Assembly (NCBI GenBank): GCA_964512165.1
Contig: CAZEHQ010000003.1
Span: 545 to 64,544 of the forward strand
DNA from: an uncultured Gemmatimonadaceae bacterium
GTDB lineage: Bacteria > Latescibacterota > UBA2968 > UBA8231
Direction: 5' to 3'
Length of the DNA stretch: 64,000 nt
The notes below the pieces were generated by a model. The model saw only the letters and a list, made by a program, of their open reading frames with translations, did not search any database and was not told the DNA's origin. A program made the position numbers and the translations under genes. Each line of letters begins with the position of its first letter. Position 1 is the stretch's first letter. Of this stretch, positions 63,744 to 64,000 are shown piece by piece.

Positions 63744-64000
63744 TCAGTCCGTCAGGTCGGGGAGGCCGAGCACTCGGGCGAGGGACTCCAGGTCGGCCGG
63801 GGAGGTGCGGCCCTGGCGGGAACGATGCAGGGCTGACAGCAGCCGGACGGCGTTCTTCGGAGAGCGCAGGAGATGCACGGTCTCCTGGAGACTCCGCAGC
63901 TCGTCCGCCGGCAGCAGGGCCATGGCGTCGTGGCCCCGTCGTTCGAGAATCGCCGGTTCCCGGCTGGTCTCCACCTCGTCCCAGATCTCGGCCAGCCTCG
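63744..64000 (-). CDS. Phd/YefM-family antitoxin, 5'-partial (runs off the window)
   Basis: The frame stays open to the window edge: ...RLAEIWDEVETSREPAILERRGHDAMALLPADELRSLQETVHLLRSPKNAVRLL, the YefM-type pattern. The next gene, 4 nt downstream, is the BNR protein rather than a toxin. Confidence 0.65.
   Translation of the reverse strand, partial: RLAEIWDEVETSREPAILERRGHDAMALLPADELRSLQETVHLLRSPKNAVRLLSALHRSRQGRTSPADLESLARVLGLPDLTD

Overview
High-G+C bacterial segment, probably from an uncultured genome. My hand counts were 43 G+C of 60 at 10381-10440 and 32 of 60 at 35521-35580. It is densely coding. By eye I recognised no rRNA, tRNA, CRISPR array, transposase or integrase. Four secreted proteins carry T9SS-type or FlgD-Ig-like C-terminal sorting domains, which suggests an FCB-group-like lineage (inference only).

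Layout:
(1) 358-26696 is a single same-strand, translationally coupled block. It encodes two CTD-bearing secreted proteins, three tandem paralogous 900-1050 aa outer-membrane-type proteins, a DUF5683-like protein, an FN3-like lipoprotein, a membrane-anchored DUF4159 protein, one ExbB/TolQ and two ExbD/TolR homologs, a DUF4340-like protein, TPR proteins of 415 and 1093 aa, a lipoprotein, a CsgG/LpoB-like protein and a DUF59 fusion. I recognised no TonB, TolA/B/Pal, TonB-dependent receptor or T9SS core genes. This is my best candidate for an undescribed pmf-driven trans-envelope system.
(2) 26854-35348 is a PspA/IM30 operon fused to a polyamine module: J-domain protein, YjfI-like protein, PspA, Tat-exported FAD amine oxidase, membrane-anchored aminopropyltransferase, DUF4178, lipoprotein, triple DUF350, K+ channel and SpeH AdoMet decarboxylase.
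(3) Two lower-G+C islets (about 35.5-36.4 kb and 42.7-43.7 kb), plus the window edge (63.7 kb), hold six antitoxin-type genes and no intact toxin.
(4) 36.4-42.7 kb holds a CRTAC1/ASPIC-like protein and sugar-acid-type enzymes.
(5) Two catabolic clusters (44.3-52.5 kb on +/-, 57.9-63.7 kb on -) are each built around a paralogous ~655 aa polytopic membrane protein of a family I cannot name.
(6) 52973-57765 (-) encodes a ~1600 aa metzincin / 21-blade WD40 / Big / dockerin-like / CTD protein, split by a single-base frameshift in an A4 run.

All family calls come from motif recognition by eye. No HMM or BLAST searches were run.
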